A stretch of 58,901 bases of DNA, from positions 1 through 58,901 of IMG/VR virus record IMGVR_UViG_3300025632_000005; one strand, 5' to 3'. Within the stretch, counting starts at the first letter, position 1. Each line of letters begins with the position of its first letter. Both the position numbers and the translations under genes were made by a program. This stretch comes from a virus (lineage: Duplodnaviria; Caudoviricetes). Shown one piece after another: positions 44,489-54,708 of this stretch. The notes beneath the pieces are model-generated. The model saw only the letters and a list, made by a program, of their open reading frames with translations, did no database searches and was not told the origin of the DNA.

Positions 44489-47400
44489 CTATTGCGGCAT
44501 GTATTTTGTACGTTCCCTTTGTCGTCTTTGTGAATCTAATGGTTGGTTGTTATAAGTGTTCTGCATTCCTCTTCTGTTTTCGTTTATATTTGACCGTGTT
44601 GTTTTAGGATCAAGTCTAATCTGTAAATTATATTCTCCCTGTGATCTAGCTTTTTGATTGTGTTCTCGTAAGTCTTCATATAGTTCTCTTAAATCTCTCT
44701 CAGCACTTCTAACAACGTCAGGTCTATTCTCACGCACACCTCTATCTCTTTTTGCATTAGCCACCTGTTCTCTTCTATAAAACCTTTGTCTTAATAAAGC
44801 AGCGGGATCTTTACCAGATTTCATAAGGTAATTCATTTCCCTTTGTCTGGCTATTTCGGTAGGTGTAAATCCTAGTGCTTGTAAAAAAGCTGAATAATTA
44901 CTTACGTCTTGTGGTGGCACAATAATCTCACCGTTACGTGTTCTATAACCACCTTGTTTTAAAGCTGTTGCCTTTACAAAATTTGCAAATGGTTTAGGTA
45001 ATACAGAAGCCGTTGCCATATGGGCATCGTCAACTTGCATATAACTTAAAGCATCAAACAAACCACGACCTATACTAAGTGCGGGTACACTGGCTTTGTT
45101 AATACCACCGTCCCCCATAAATACATCAATCAACCCACCTGTTACAGGATGTGTTCCTAAACCAACACGTGGACCTATACTTAAACCAGCCATATTAAGT
45201 TGTCCTTTTAATAATGCTTCAGCTACATTAGGACTTACTATGCCTTCAAGCACTTTATAATATTCTTCTTCTATGTTAATTTTTTTACCTGTAAACCATT
45301 GATAAGATAACTCAGCAATCTCGGATGAATCTTCGGCGAATGGTAAACCCATCAGTCCACTGGTTAGTATTAAAGCAACACCATACATAGCCATCGCTTG
45401 TCTACCTTCAGGTCCTCTATTAAAACCTAACTTCCACATTAATTGTAACATCATTGTTGGGTATTCACTGAACTGTAAAAGCAATGCGCCTATACCCCTT
45501 GTAACTCTTGGCTTTGCTTCTCGACCATATAAGAACTGTGTTTCTTCAACAGCTGTCTGCGCAACTTGATCTCGTAAAGCCTCAAGATTATCTTGGTTCT
45601 GTATAAACGTATCAAAGTTATCAAGTATATTTTGAGTATCCACACCTAGTTTAGCTTGTATTGCGGCATTAAAGTTCTGATCATAAGCATTAAATTTTAA
45701 AGCTTTGTGTAACACATTATTGTTTCGTGTTAGTTCATAACTATTAATGTAAGTAGCAAGACGATTTAAAACCTCAGTGGTTGTAAACATCGTGCCCATA
45801 ATTCTAAATACTTTTTCACTTTTTAATTTACCTTCTCTAATTAAAGCTTGAGTATTTAAATCAGAATCTCTCATTATTCCATCAAGTTCTGAGTTTAAAT
45901 ATTCGTTTGTACGATTAGGTGCTATGACTGATCCTAATATATTTTCTATTTTATTTAATCTAGGCATGGTTGATCCATATTTTTCTATAACTTTTTCCAA
46001 ACTAATTGCACTATCGTTTGATAGATTTTTTAATTCTTTAAATGGTTTCAACAGTTTCATTACATCTTTCATTGCTTTTACTTGACCAGCCGCCGACTTT
46101 CTCATACCACCATAAGCACTAATATATGTCATAGCAGGTAAGCCTTGAAAAGTATTCATAGTTGCTGCACTAACATCAGTTAAGAAAAACATAAACCCTA
46201 GTTGTCTTAGGTTTTGAAATTCGTATGGGTCTTCGTTAATGTATTTATCTAGTTTTTCGATGTAATCTCTTTCTCTAGCCGTTGTCGCTTCATCATTTAC
46301 AACAGCATTTTTTGCTTCTATTATTTTTGTTTCAAATTCAAAATGAGATGCCCATGTTGCATATGATGTAATGCTATCACTTAAAGATACTAAAACATTA
46401 TCAAAGTCATATCCAGGTATGAGCCTTGCTGTTCTAAAAAATGTTGGTGTGCCTTTTACATCTCGTAAAGTTTTAGCTTTCTTTAACATCTTATCAACTG
46501 TTTCATTACCAAGGCGCACACTGTTTGGCATCATTGATATAAAAGCTTCCAAAGATTCATAAAAGTTTTTATCAACAGATTTTTCTAATTCTTTTATTGT
46601 ATTTGTTTGAATTCCTGAATGTTCATACTGAGGCTTTACATTACCATCTCTATCCTTAACAGTTAATGTTGGATCGTATTTGATTCGAAGTTGTTCTGCA
46701 ATACGATTCGCCTTACCCATAACAATTTTAGAAGACCCATCTTTAGAATCAAAAGTTTCGAAGTACTTTGTTCTACGAACTATTTCTCCGTTTTTCTTTT
46801 TAAAATTTTCTGTAACAGCCACAAACCTATCACCTCTTCTTGATAGTGGAAAGTATAATGTGTCAGCATTATTAACCATAGTTTTAATTCGTTTAGAAGC
46901 ATTTTTAAGAAGCACAGTTGCCTCTGGCATATTTCTAAGATTTTTTGCAACCTCATTTAAATTTTCAACAAGTTGATCCAGTCCCTCACGAGTTAGTAAA
47001 TCCTCCATACTTACATTCATTTGTTCAAATATAGCTTGATCTGTGTCCGTGCTTAATTTCTTTTTTAAAGAATCCAATGTATTCATAATGGTATCAGCTC
47101 TACGATATTCTTGAACTTTAGCTAACGAGAGATAGGCTTCGGTTTCTTGAGCATCAAGTACAAGGTCTTCATTAATTGTCCCTGCTAAATTTACTACAGT
47201 TAGACCGACATCTTGACCTCTTTTATTCTGACCATCAGTCCTATTAAAATCATTAACACTAATAACAATCTCACCGTTTTCATTTGGTTGTAGTATGGTC
47301 TTGTAAGCAAGAGAATAGACAGCCGCAAGACCTACTTTTCTTTCTCTATCTTTTGTTTTTAAATTTGTCCACGGTTTAAGTATACTAGACTGACGTTCCA

Positions 47401-49828
47401 TCTTTTCTGATCTTGACTGTGTTCTTAAATTTAAAAGTGTATTATATAAGGCTATACCTTTATTATGACGACCAATAAAGTTAGCCGAAGTAAACCAACT
47501 GCCAAACTTTTTAAGTGAGTTAAGTGGTCCTTTAAAAAAATCTAAAGCTTTGTCGACTCGTTTACTTTGATCTCGTCTTATTTGTTGCAATACATTCTGA
47601 TCAATCCTTGGTTCTTCTGATGGAGGTTCTTGATCACTTGGTGGTTGTCCTCCTGGAGGTGTTTCTCCTGTACCACCACTATCGGCACTTTCACTTTCAA
47701 CAGCTTCTATTATTTCGTCAGCTTGTTCTGTAAATTCGTTTGAAAAATTATTACCACCACCAGTAATTTGTTTATCGTCACTAACTGTTTTTTTGTTTGG
47801 TTTATCTTTAGCTTGGCTAAAAGCTTTTGTTGTTTTATTGTTCTGTACTCTTATTAAGTCTGGTATTGAGATGTCAGATTCTTTTTCTTCAACTGAAAAA
47901 TTAGGCATTTCGTTTATATCCTCAACTGTTTCTACATCAACTGTCTGATTACCTATTTTACTATTTAAATATTCAATAGCTTTTGTCTCACCTTTATTTC
48001 CATCTTGGTCAGTCTCTTCAAAAAACTTAGTATCGTCTGGGTTGTTAGGATTAATAGCTGCAACTAAACTTTTTAAATAACCCGGTAATTTAATTTGTAT
48101 ATTTTGTATTTGACCAACAACCTTATTACCTTGATTTGTCGCATGTATATTTTTAACTGTGCCTTTTTTGTCAGCCTCTGTCATAGTTAAAAATTGTTTA
48201 GTTTTTTCTTGAACAGACTCAGGCAAATCTGTTACAGCATTATCAATAATTTTGTCTATGGTATCATTAAATTTATACTCTTGAATATTCTGTTGCATGT
48301 CTGCCTCAGAAGTAAATTGTAATCTTGGTTTACTTAATTTTATCGATGTCTTTTTCTTTGGTTGTTGTTTTCTTTTGTTTGAATTAATCTCAGCTTGTTT
48401 AACTTCTTCTTGTGTTTTCGTATCGTATGGAGATTTAGTGTGATATATAAATCCTTGTTTTTGTCTTGGCACACCTTTAGCTTTATCGCCTCCATATATA
48501 GGTGACTTGTCTATTTTCTTATTTTTAACTAAATCTTCTAAAACATTTTTAACAAATGTTACACCTTTGTCATCTGTTTTACGTCTAAGAAATTCTCTTT
48601 CGGCAGAACCTAAACTTTTTAATATAGCTGTAGGCGATATCTTTCTATAGTTCGTACCGTCTTTAGTTCCTTGAGTAGCAACATCACTAATTAAATTATA
48701 TATCTTAGCCGCTATACCTTGTTCAGCCGTTTGCTCTGATGTTAATCTTTTCTTTCCTGTAAACCCTTCACCAACAATATCTTCTGGTTGAAAGGTTAAT
48801 AACTTTGGACCTTCTTCTTTAATAGTTTGACCTATTTGTTTTTCTTCTGGTTTGTACTCTATCGCTAAAGGTTTAGATGGATTGTCCGTTGTTTCTATAT
48901 CTTTTTTTAAACCTGCTAAACCAACCTCTACTAAACTTAACGGACCTTCGGCAATACCCTCAAGAGCCACAGCCCCTGGAGATTTTATTTCACCAAGACT
49001 TTGTATTTGTGCGACAGCCTCACCAAGAGAACCAAAGCCAGCTGCGGGTACAAACTCCATAGCTGCTGCCGTTTTCTTACCGACGTTTACTTTTGCGCTC
49101 GTCTTCAAAGCTTTGGTTAATAATCCCGCCGACCCAAAAGCCACAGCATCAAAGGCACCAATAGGTACACCACGAGCAAGAGCAAACTCTTTTGCCTCGG
49201 CTAGTTTATCTTCATCTGATAAGGCATCGGCTAATTCACCACCATCATTGATATCTACTCCCGCTTCATTAAAAGCATCGACAATAGATAGTCCGTATTC
49301 AGTAGCACCACTACCCGATCCTGTGGTTAAAGCACCAACAATACGACCGAATAATCCTCGTGTTGCTAAAGCCGCACCACCACCTACTGCCAGTGTTGGT
49401 AGATATGTACCAATCGACTCACCAATTAATGGTCCGATAACACTAAGGTTATCTCCTAGTGCAGACATAGCTCCACCAAGTGTATCAGCCTCGGTAACTT
49501 TTTGTAGTGTTTCGGCATCTTCTCGATCTATAGGTATCTCGGCTTGACGTTGTTGATAACGACGAATGTCATAGACTGCATTTTGTATATCATCAATCCC
49601 AAGTTCTAACTGCAACATATTGAAAGCGATCTGGGCATTACGAAAACCACGTTCAACAGAATTGAACGGTAGCATTTTTGCAAGGGGTCCTACAGGCTCT
49701 GGTGGAATGTTAAGACGATTCGATATCTCTTTATGGTTGTCGTCTATGTATGTTTTGATTTCAGCATCCGTTGCATCGTCATCAAAACTAAGTGAACCAT
49801 ATTGACCAATGTCAACTAGCTTAACCAT
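44489..49828 (-). CDS. Large internal virion / DNA ejection protein (polyvalent-protein-like)
   Basis: 1779 aa; Gly/Ala-rich hydrophobic N-terminal region; YFPLSRRGD resembles the PLxRFG motif; TQF.Y..AKP and C-terminal hydrophobic helix. Confidence 0.7.
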   Translation of the reverse strand: MVKLVDIGQYGSLSFDDDATDAEIKTYIDDNHKEISNRLNIPPEPVGPLAKMLPFNSVERGFRNAQIAFNMLQLELGIDDIQNAVYDIRRYQQRQAEIPIDREDAETLQKVTEADTLGGAMSALGDNLSVIGPLIGESIGTYLPTLAVGGGAALATRGLFGRIVGALTTGSGSGATEYGLSIVDAFNEAGVDINDGGELADALSDEDKLAEAKEFALARGVPIGAFDAVAFGSAGLLTKALKTSAKVNVGKKTAAAMEFVPAAGFGSLGEAVAQIQSLGEIKSPGAVALEGIAEGPLSLVEVGLAGLKKDIETTDNPSKPLAIEYKPEEKQIGQTIKEEGPKLLTFQPEDIVGEGFTGKKRLTSEQTAEQGIAAKIYNLISDVATQGTKDGTNYRKISPTAILKSLGSAEREFLRRKTDDKGVTFVKNVLEDLVKNKKIDKSPIYGGDKAKGVPRQKQGFIYHTKSPYDTKTQEEVKQAEINSNKRKQQPKKKTSIKLSKPRLQFTSEADMQQNIQEYKFNDTIDKIIDNAVTDLPESVQEKTKQFLTMTEADKKGTVKNIHATNQGNKVVGQIQNIQIKLPGYLKSLVAAINPNNPDDTKFFEETDQDGNKGETKAIEYLNSKIGNQTVDVETVEDINEMPNFSVEEKESDISIPDLIRVQNNKTTKAFSQAKDKPNKKTVSDDKQITGGGNNFSNEFTEQADEIIEAVESESADSGGTGETPPGGQPPSDQEPPSEEPRIDQNVLQQIRRDQSKRVDKALDFFKGPLNSLKKFGSWFTSANFIGRHNKGIALYNTLLNLRTQSRSEKMERQSSILKPWTNLKTKDRERKVGLAAVYSLAYKTILQPNENGEIVISVNDFNRTDGQNKRGQDVGLTVVNLAGTINEDLVLDAQETEAYLSLAKVQEYRRADTIMNTLDSLKKKLSTDTDQAIFEQMNVSMEDLLTREGLDQLVENLNEVAKNLRNMPEATVLLKNASKRIKTMVNNADTLYFPLSRRGDRFVAVTENFKKKNGEIVRRTKYFETFDSKDGSSKIVMGKANRIAEQLRIKYDPTLTVKDRDGNVKPQYEHSGIQTNTIKELEKSVDKNFYESLEAFISMMPNSVRLGNETVDKMLKKAKTLRDVKGTPTFFRTARLIPGYDFDNVLVSLSDSITSYATWASHFEFETKIIEAKNAVVNDEATTARERDYIEKLDKYINEDPYEFQNLRQLGFMFFLTDVSAATMNTFQGLPAMTYISAYGGMRKSAAGQVKAMKDVMKLLKPFKELKNLSNDSAISLEKVIEKYGSTMPRLNKIENILGSVIAPNRTNEYLNSELDGIMRDSDLNTQALIREGKLKSEKVFRIMGTMFTTTEVLNRLATYINSYELTRNNNVLHKALKFNAYDQNFNAAIQAKLGVDTQNILDNFDTFIQNQDNLEALRDQVAQTAVEETQFLYGREAKPRVTRGIGALLLQFSEYPTMMLQLMWKLGFNRGPEGRQAMAMYGVALILTSGLMGLPFAEDSSEIAELSYQWFTGKKINIEEEYYKVLEGIVSPNVAEALLKGQLNMAGLSIGPRVGLGTHPVTGGLIDVFMGDGGINKASVPALSIGRGLFDALSYMQVDDAHMATASVLPKPFANFVKATALKQGGYRTRNGEIIVPPQDVSNYSAFLQALGFTPTEIARQREMNYLMKSGKDPAALLRQRFYRREQVANAKRDRGVRENRPDVVRSAERDLRELYEDLREHNQKARSQGEYNLQIRLDPKTTRSNINENRRGMQNTYNNQPLDSQRRQRERTKYMPQ

Positions 49829-49829
49829 T

Positions 49830-52043
49830 TTATTCCGTCCTAGATGGTGACGTTGATTGTCGGATTGTGATTGGTTGATTTAAGTTTTTATCAATATATT
49901 TACTTTGGTCAAAGGGATCGACTGTGCCTGCTACAATGCCTCTATCTTTAATTTTATCAAGAGAATTTTTAGCAACTCTAAAAGCATCTGTTATTCTATC
50001 TGATAATATTTGTTTTTTTGCTGGATTTGTTTCATTAACATAATCTTGAATTAAGTATGGATCAGCAGTCATAACTTGTTTTGCAATTTCTCTTGACTCT
50101 GTACTGTTTAATTTTAATTGTTCCATGGCCATCTTAGTTAGATTGTTTTGAAGGTCAGCACCAATCTTACCTTTTTCTAGTTCAAGAGTTGCACCAGTTG
50201 TTAACAGTGAAGTGTCTTCTTTAAGTCTTTTTCTATCCCCTGTTGATACACTAGAAATATCAGAAAGTCCCTTATCAATTATTGATTGCGCATCTTCACG
50301 ACCAACCTTACCCGTTGCCACATCAAAACCTCTAAGACCCGCAGCCCCCATTGCTAGAGCATCTGTGTATTTTTCAAGGTCTGTTTTTTCTCTACCGACA
50401 ATCCCAAGAATATTTTCCATCAATGCATTATACATATCACCACCAACTTCGGGTTGTTGTTCTTTTTGTTGCGCCGCTAATAATGCTGCTTTTCTTTGTT
50501 CTTCTGCAGCAGCTCGAAGTCGTTCTTTCTCGGCCTCTGCACCTTTTTGTTTATCTTGAACGTCAGTCTCTTCTTGTTTTTTAATTTCTTTTACTTTAGC
50601 TTTATCCTGTTTACTTGTTATTATTGGTCTAGCTTTTTTAATAGGCATTATAAACTCACCTTCATCATCAGTAAATTTCTCAACACCTGGACGGAAGTAG
50701 CTATTAGGCATATTTAAAATTTCAAACGGTGCTGTTTCTTGAAAGTCTTCCATAGATTCTGCAAACTTTTTCTTTTTCCTAGTTCCTGAAAACACACTTG
50801 GCCTTAGTTTTTCTAATTCTCTTTGTCTTTCTAAAACCTCTTCTTCTTCTTCTGGTGTAGCCGTTGCACCAGCACCAGCCGATGTACCATAAACACTCAT
50901 ACCTCCCGGAGCATAGTTAATCTTACCACCCATATAAGCATTGATAACTTCTTGTGGATTAAAGCCCATCTTCTCTACAACTTGTGGAGCTTTGGATGCT
51001 AACTTCTTCAGACCTGGATTATCTGGGACTTCACCACCTTCGGCGAATAGTCCTACACCTTTACCCGCACCATAGATACCTAATGCACCTAGACCAAGAC
51101 CAGCCGCTTGTTGTCCAAATGTTGCTGGAGCTTGTTGTGCTTGTGAGGTTGTGTATGTCGATACTGGTAAATTAAATCCACGAAGTACAGATGACATCTC
51201 TTGTACTTGTTGTGATGGTCTAGTTGTTTCTCGTGCAAAATCTTCGTAACCAATGTCTAATGCTCTTTGTTGTTGTGCTTGTTGCGTACCACCTACAGTT
51301 TCAAGAGCACCTAACCCAGCTAAACCTAACTGTTGTTGCTGCGCACCTAGACCTGCAAACTGTTGACCAGCTGCTAACGATGCGGCTCTATCTGCTGCTA
51401 ACTGATTCATAGCTTGTTGATAGGCTTGTTGTGAACCTACGGCTTGAATGTCGGCTAGTCTTTGACCAGTCTGTCTACCTAATTCTGATTCTTGTAATGC
51501 TTGTCGTGATCCTCCGAATGCACCTGCACCAACGGCCGATGCTCCTATTTGTTGTTGTAGTTTATTAGCATCTCGTAAGGCTTCTCTTTTCTGTATATCA
51601 ATAACAGATTGTTGGTATGGACTCATACGTGAAGCAATAGCTGCTGGGTCTGTTGATTGTTGTGCGGCTTGAGCCGTAAGTAAGTCAGCCGTAGCTATAT
51701 ATGGTTTATATCCACCAACCATTTCTTCGACACCTTGATATGCCTCTTGTTGTTGTGGTGTTATTGTAGCTAGTCTTTGTCCTTCGTATCTTTGAAACGG
51801 TTCGGTTGTAACACCTTCGGCTCTTTCAAATAATCGTTCTAGATACGGTTGAAAATATTCTGGTATGTTACTTGTTTGTTGTGTAACTGTTGACGGAGGA
51901 GGAGGGGGAGGTGAACCACCACCACTACCACCAAAGCATGTATGCATACATTCATCAGGTGATGCATTATGGAATGGATTGTCCTCCATGCCTACACCGT
52001 ATTGTTGTTCAGAAGTTTGTAGTCGTTTTAATAAGTCAGCCAT
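49830..52043 (-). CDS. Internal virion / DNA pilot (ejection) protein
   Basis: CFGGSGGG.PPPP, IPEY, MSPYQQ.VID, GAFGGSRQA, Q/A-rich; start may be 51989. Confidence 0.7.
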   Translation of the reverse strand: MADLLKRLQTSEQQYGVGMEDNPFHNASPDECMHTCFGGSGGGSPPPPPPSTVTQQTSNIPEYFQPYLERLFERAEGVTTEPFQRYEGQRLATITPQQQEAYQGVEEMVGGYKPYIATADLLTAQAAQQSTDPAAIASRMSPYQQSVIDIQKREALRDANKLQQQIGASAVGAGAFGGSRQALQESELGRQTGQRLADIQAVGSQQAYQQAMNQLAADRAASLAAGQQFAGLGAQQQQLGLAGLGALETVGGTQQAQQQRALDIGYEDFARETTRPSQQVQEMSSVLRGFNLPVSTYTTSQAQQAPATFGQQAAGLGLGALGIYGAGKGVGLFAEGGEVPDNPGLKKLASKAPQVVEKMGFNPQEVINAYMGGKINYAPGGMSVYGTSAGAGATATPEEEEEVLERQRELEKLRPSVFSGTRKKKKFAESMEDFQETAPFEILNMPNSYFRPGVEKFTDDEGEFIMPIKKARPIITSKQDKAKVKEIKKQEETDVQDKQKGAEAEKERLRAAAEEQRKAALLAAQQKEQQPEVGGDMYNALMENILGIVGREKTDLEKYTDALAMGAAGLRGFDVATGKVGREDAQSIIDKGLSDISSVSTGDRKRLKEDTSLLTTGATLELEKGKIGADLQNNLTKMAMEQLKLNSTESREIAKQVMTADPYLIQDYVNETNPAKKQILSDRITDAFRVAKNSLDKIKDRGIVAGTVDPFDQSKYIDKNLNQPITIRQSTSPSRTE

Positions 52044-52453
52044 TTAGTTCTCTGTATAAATTGTTGGTTATCGAAACCAAGTTTATCACATACTTTATTC
52101 CATTGCATGCGACCTGTTAATTCAATGCCATCTAACTTTAGCTTCTTTGCCAAGTCTTCTAGCTTTTTAAATATTTGTTTACCAATATTGAAGTTAAGAT
52201 TTCTACCAAAGATAAATAAAATTTCTAGTAGTCTTTTCGCCGTTGGATAAACATTTATTTTTATTACATAACCTGCGACTATTCTACCATTATGTTTAAT
52301 TCTTAACAAACCTAGCACTCCTGTTTCAATATGGTTCCTTAGTATTTCTGGTGTATATTTATTATCAAACGGTATTCGTTCTACCTCCACTGGAAATAAC
52401 ATAAACACTTCATTAATATCGTCATATGATTGTACCTCTTCTACCTCAACCAA
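52028..52453 (-). CDS. GNAT-like protein within the ejection-protein cluster
   Basis: LAKKL..DGIELTGR..W....LGF pattern. Confidence 0.5.
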   Translation of the reverse strand: MVEVEEVQSYDDINEVFMLFPVEVERIPFDNKYTPEILRNHIETGVLGLLRIKHNGRIVAGYVIKINVYPTAKRLLEILFIFGRNLNFNIGKQIFKKLEDLAKKLKLDGIELTGRMQWNKVCDKLGFDNQQFIQRTKWLTY

Positions 52454-54302
52454 TAGCCGTTCTCATCAACTGTCCTAACCCTCGTGTAAGTTCAGCTGGT
52501 TGTTTCGTTGTTCCTGTTTTTGTTTTACGTACGTTTCTCATTAGCGCATATAGTTTATTTGATCCCTTATCATAACTACCTTGTCCTAATTCTGCAACAA
52601 TATCTCGTGGTACTACAAATTCTTGTGGACTGACGGCAGCGGCTCTTTTACCCTCGATGCTAGTTTGGATTAAGTCATCCATACCACCACCTGGTCCTTG
52701 GAGTTCACCCGCCATAATCCCACCCGCTTGATACTGTTGCGGGTTCATACCCAAATAACTTTGTAATCTTTGAGCACCAGCATCAGATGAACCGTCACCT
52801 ATGTGACCCACGACATCTGCTGGTATAACGAATGCATTCTCTTGTAATGTTTTGTCGGAGTTTACTTCTCCACCCTCGGCCATTTCTTTAGTATTTTTAT
52901 ATTGTTGATACATTTGTTTACCAACATTCTCACCAAGGCCTAATTCACGAACAGTGTTACCTACAATATTATTTGGCATAATACTTAAAAACCCTTGTAC
53001 AAATTCTTCTTCATTCATTTTATTTGGACTTGTATTGTAAACACCTAAACCTGATGACGGACCCATAGCCCCAGCTGGAGCTTGCTCAGCCATGCCCGGA
53101 ACTTCACCACCTTCAGCCATTCCAATAAACTGACGAAGTGAATCAATGTTAACACTAATATCTTTTTGTGGTAATTGATCTATAAGTTTTTGCGCATTGT
53201 TTGCTACTTGTGGTAATGGCTCACGTGTTGGTTGTGGAGCAAGACCACCTCCACCTTGTGGTAGCATTGGTCCTTGTGGTGGCATCATCGGAGTTGGACT
53301 AGACATTGGCATATTTGTAGGCACAGTTGGTGCTACTGGTTGAGCTAGTCCTTTAATCTTTTGTGGACTCATTGACATCATTGGTTGAGTTTGGGCGAGT
53401 CTTGAAATGCTTGGACCAGCTGTGAGTGGAACCAAAGATCCTGTTGGACGGAACGTACCTTTCTGTTTTTCAACCTCTAAATTATATGGCCCTTGTTGCA
53501 TCATAACACCACCACCTTGAGCTTTGATTTTACCACCTTCTTTAGCGCCGAGATAACCATATGAATCTGGTGTGGCTCTGCCGTAAGCAATGTCTTCTGG
53601 ATCAGCATATGTATATTCACCACGATCAAGTGGACCCTTGTAGCCATACTTACTGAGGTCAGTAGTTCTACGTTGTGGTTGCATTGGAACAAAAGGGGCT
53701 GGTTCTGGTGGAGGTGTGGCAAGAGTTTTTAAAGCCAGTCCACCTAAAGCTATAGTCCCTGGAGATTGTCTAGTTATAAATTCTGGTAAAATATCTTTAG
53801 TTCCTGGTAACTGTCCACCTAATGTTACACCTTCGGCTGTTAGGTTTTTAACACCTGTTCCGATTCCTGAAAAAGTGTTACCCGCTCCTGCAACAGATTT
53901 ACCCACTTGATCAAGGAAAGATGTTGATCCTTGTCCTACTCTACCAGCAGCTCCTTTGAAAAAACCACCTGAACCTTGTAAAAAATCACCACCTCCACCT
54001 ATGTTACCAATAGCACCCGTTGTTCCTCCTGTTGTTGTTGAACCAAAAGTAGAACCAGCAACTTTACTTGCATCAATACCTGCGGAAGACATTGGAGAAG
54101 AGCCTTGTGTTATACCCTTAAATGCACCAGACAACCCTAAACTTAAACCAGCTGAACCAATACCAGCTAGTGGACTACCAGTTTTAATACCTGTATTAAT
54201 ACCAGAATAAGCGGCAGCTAAATATGGACCGACCGTAGGAATAAATGCTAGACCAATAGGCGCAACTACATCTCTAAAAAAACCACCTATACTTTTAAAC
54301 AT
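52446..54302 (-). CDS. Internal virion / ejection protein with multiple GG motifs and a duplicated C-terminal module
   Basis: Start revised to MFKSIG (GGAGG RBS, TGATG); Gly-rich amphipathic N-terminus; FVIPADVV..IG.GS and FVVPRDIV..LG.GS repeats. Confidence 0.7.
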   Translation of the reverse strand: MFKSIGGFFRDVVAPIGLAFIPTVGPYLAAAYSGINTGIKTGSPLAGIGSAGLSLGLSGAFKGITQGSSPMSSAGIDASKVAGSTFGSTTTGGTTGAIGNIGGGGDFLQGSGGFFKGAAGRVGQGSTSFLDQVGKSVAGAGNTFSGIGTGVKNLTAEGVTLGGQLPGTKDILPEFITRQSPGTIALGGLALKTLATPPPEPAPFVPMQPQRRTTDLSKYGYKGPLDRGEYTYADPEDIAYGRATPDSYGYLGAKEGGKIKAQGGGVMMQQGPYNLEVEKQKGTFRPTGSLVPLTAGPSISRLAQTQPMMSMSPQKIKGLAQPVAPTVPTNMPMSSPTPMMPPQGPMLPQGGGGLAPQPTREPLPQVANNAQKLIDQLPQKDISVNIDSLRQFIGMAEGGEVPGMAEQAPAGAMGPSSGLGVYNTSPNKMNEEEFVQGFLSIMPNNIVGNTVRELGLGENVGKQMYQQYKNTKEMAEGGEVNSDKTLQENAFVIPADVVGHIGDGSSDAGAQRLQSYLGMNPQQYQAGGIMAGELQGPGGGMDDLIQTSIEGKRAAAVSPQEFVVPRDIVAELGQGSYDKGSNKLYALMRNVRKTKTGTTKQPAELTRGLGQLMRTAIG

Positions 54303-54706
54303 CAGTGAAAGTCCCTCCAAGCTGTACCATCATAACCTTGAAACTTATTGGTAGCTGTGTTGAATCTCATCTGTCCAGCTACTGGAGTTGGTTCAGGTGT
54401 GTCTGGGTTTGATAAGTCGTTATTTAATCTTAGTCGACCACGAATACTTATAGATCCAAATTGATCTTGTTGTACACTGTTACGAATCTTTACTTGGTCT
54501 GCTGATAGTTTATCGTTTAATGTATCGGCCCACGTTTCCATTTGGTTAAGGGCATTGTCTGAAAAAGCATTAGCACCACCAGCATCAAGAAACGATATGG
54601 TCTGTGTCTGTGCAGGTGCAAAACTTGTTGCCTGTGACGTTGTAAAAGTCGTTGAGCTGTTTTCCATATTAGGAGTTATTCTTGGGAATCTAGGATAGTC
54701 TGCCAT
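54302..54706 (-). CDS. Tail-associated protein
   Basis: C-terminal GQMRFNT....FQGYDG..W tail-fibre-type repeat. Confidence 0.6.
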   Translation of the reverse strand: MADYPRFPRITPNMENSSTTFTTSQATSFAPAQTQTISFLDAGGANAFSDNALNQMETWADTLNDKLSADQVKIRNSVQQDQFGSISIRGRLRLNNDLSNPDTPEPTPVAGQMRFNTATNKFQGYDGTAWRDFH

Positions 54707-54708
54707 TA

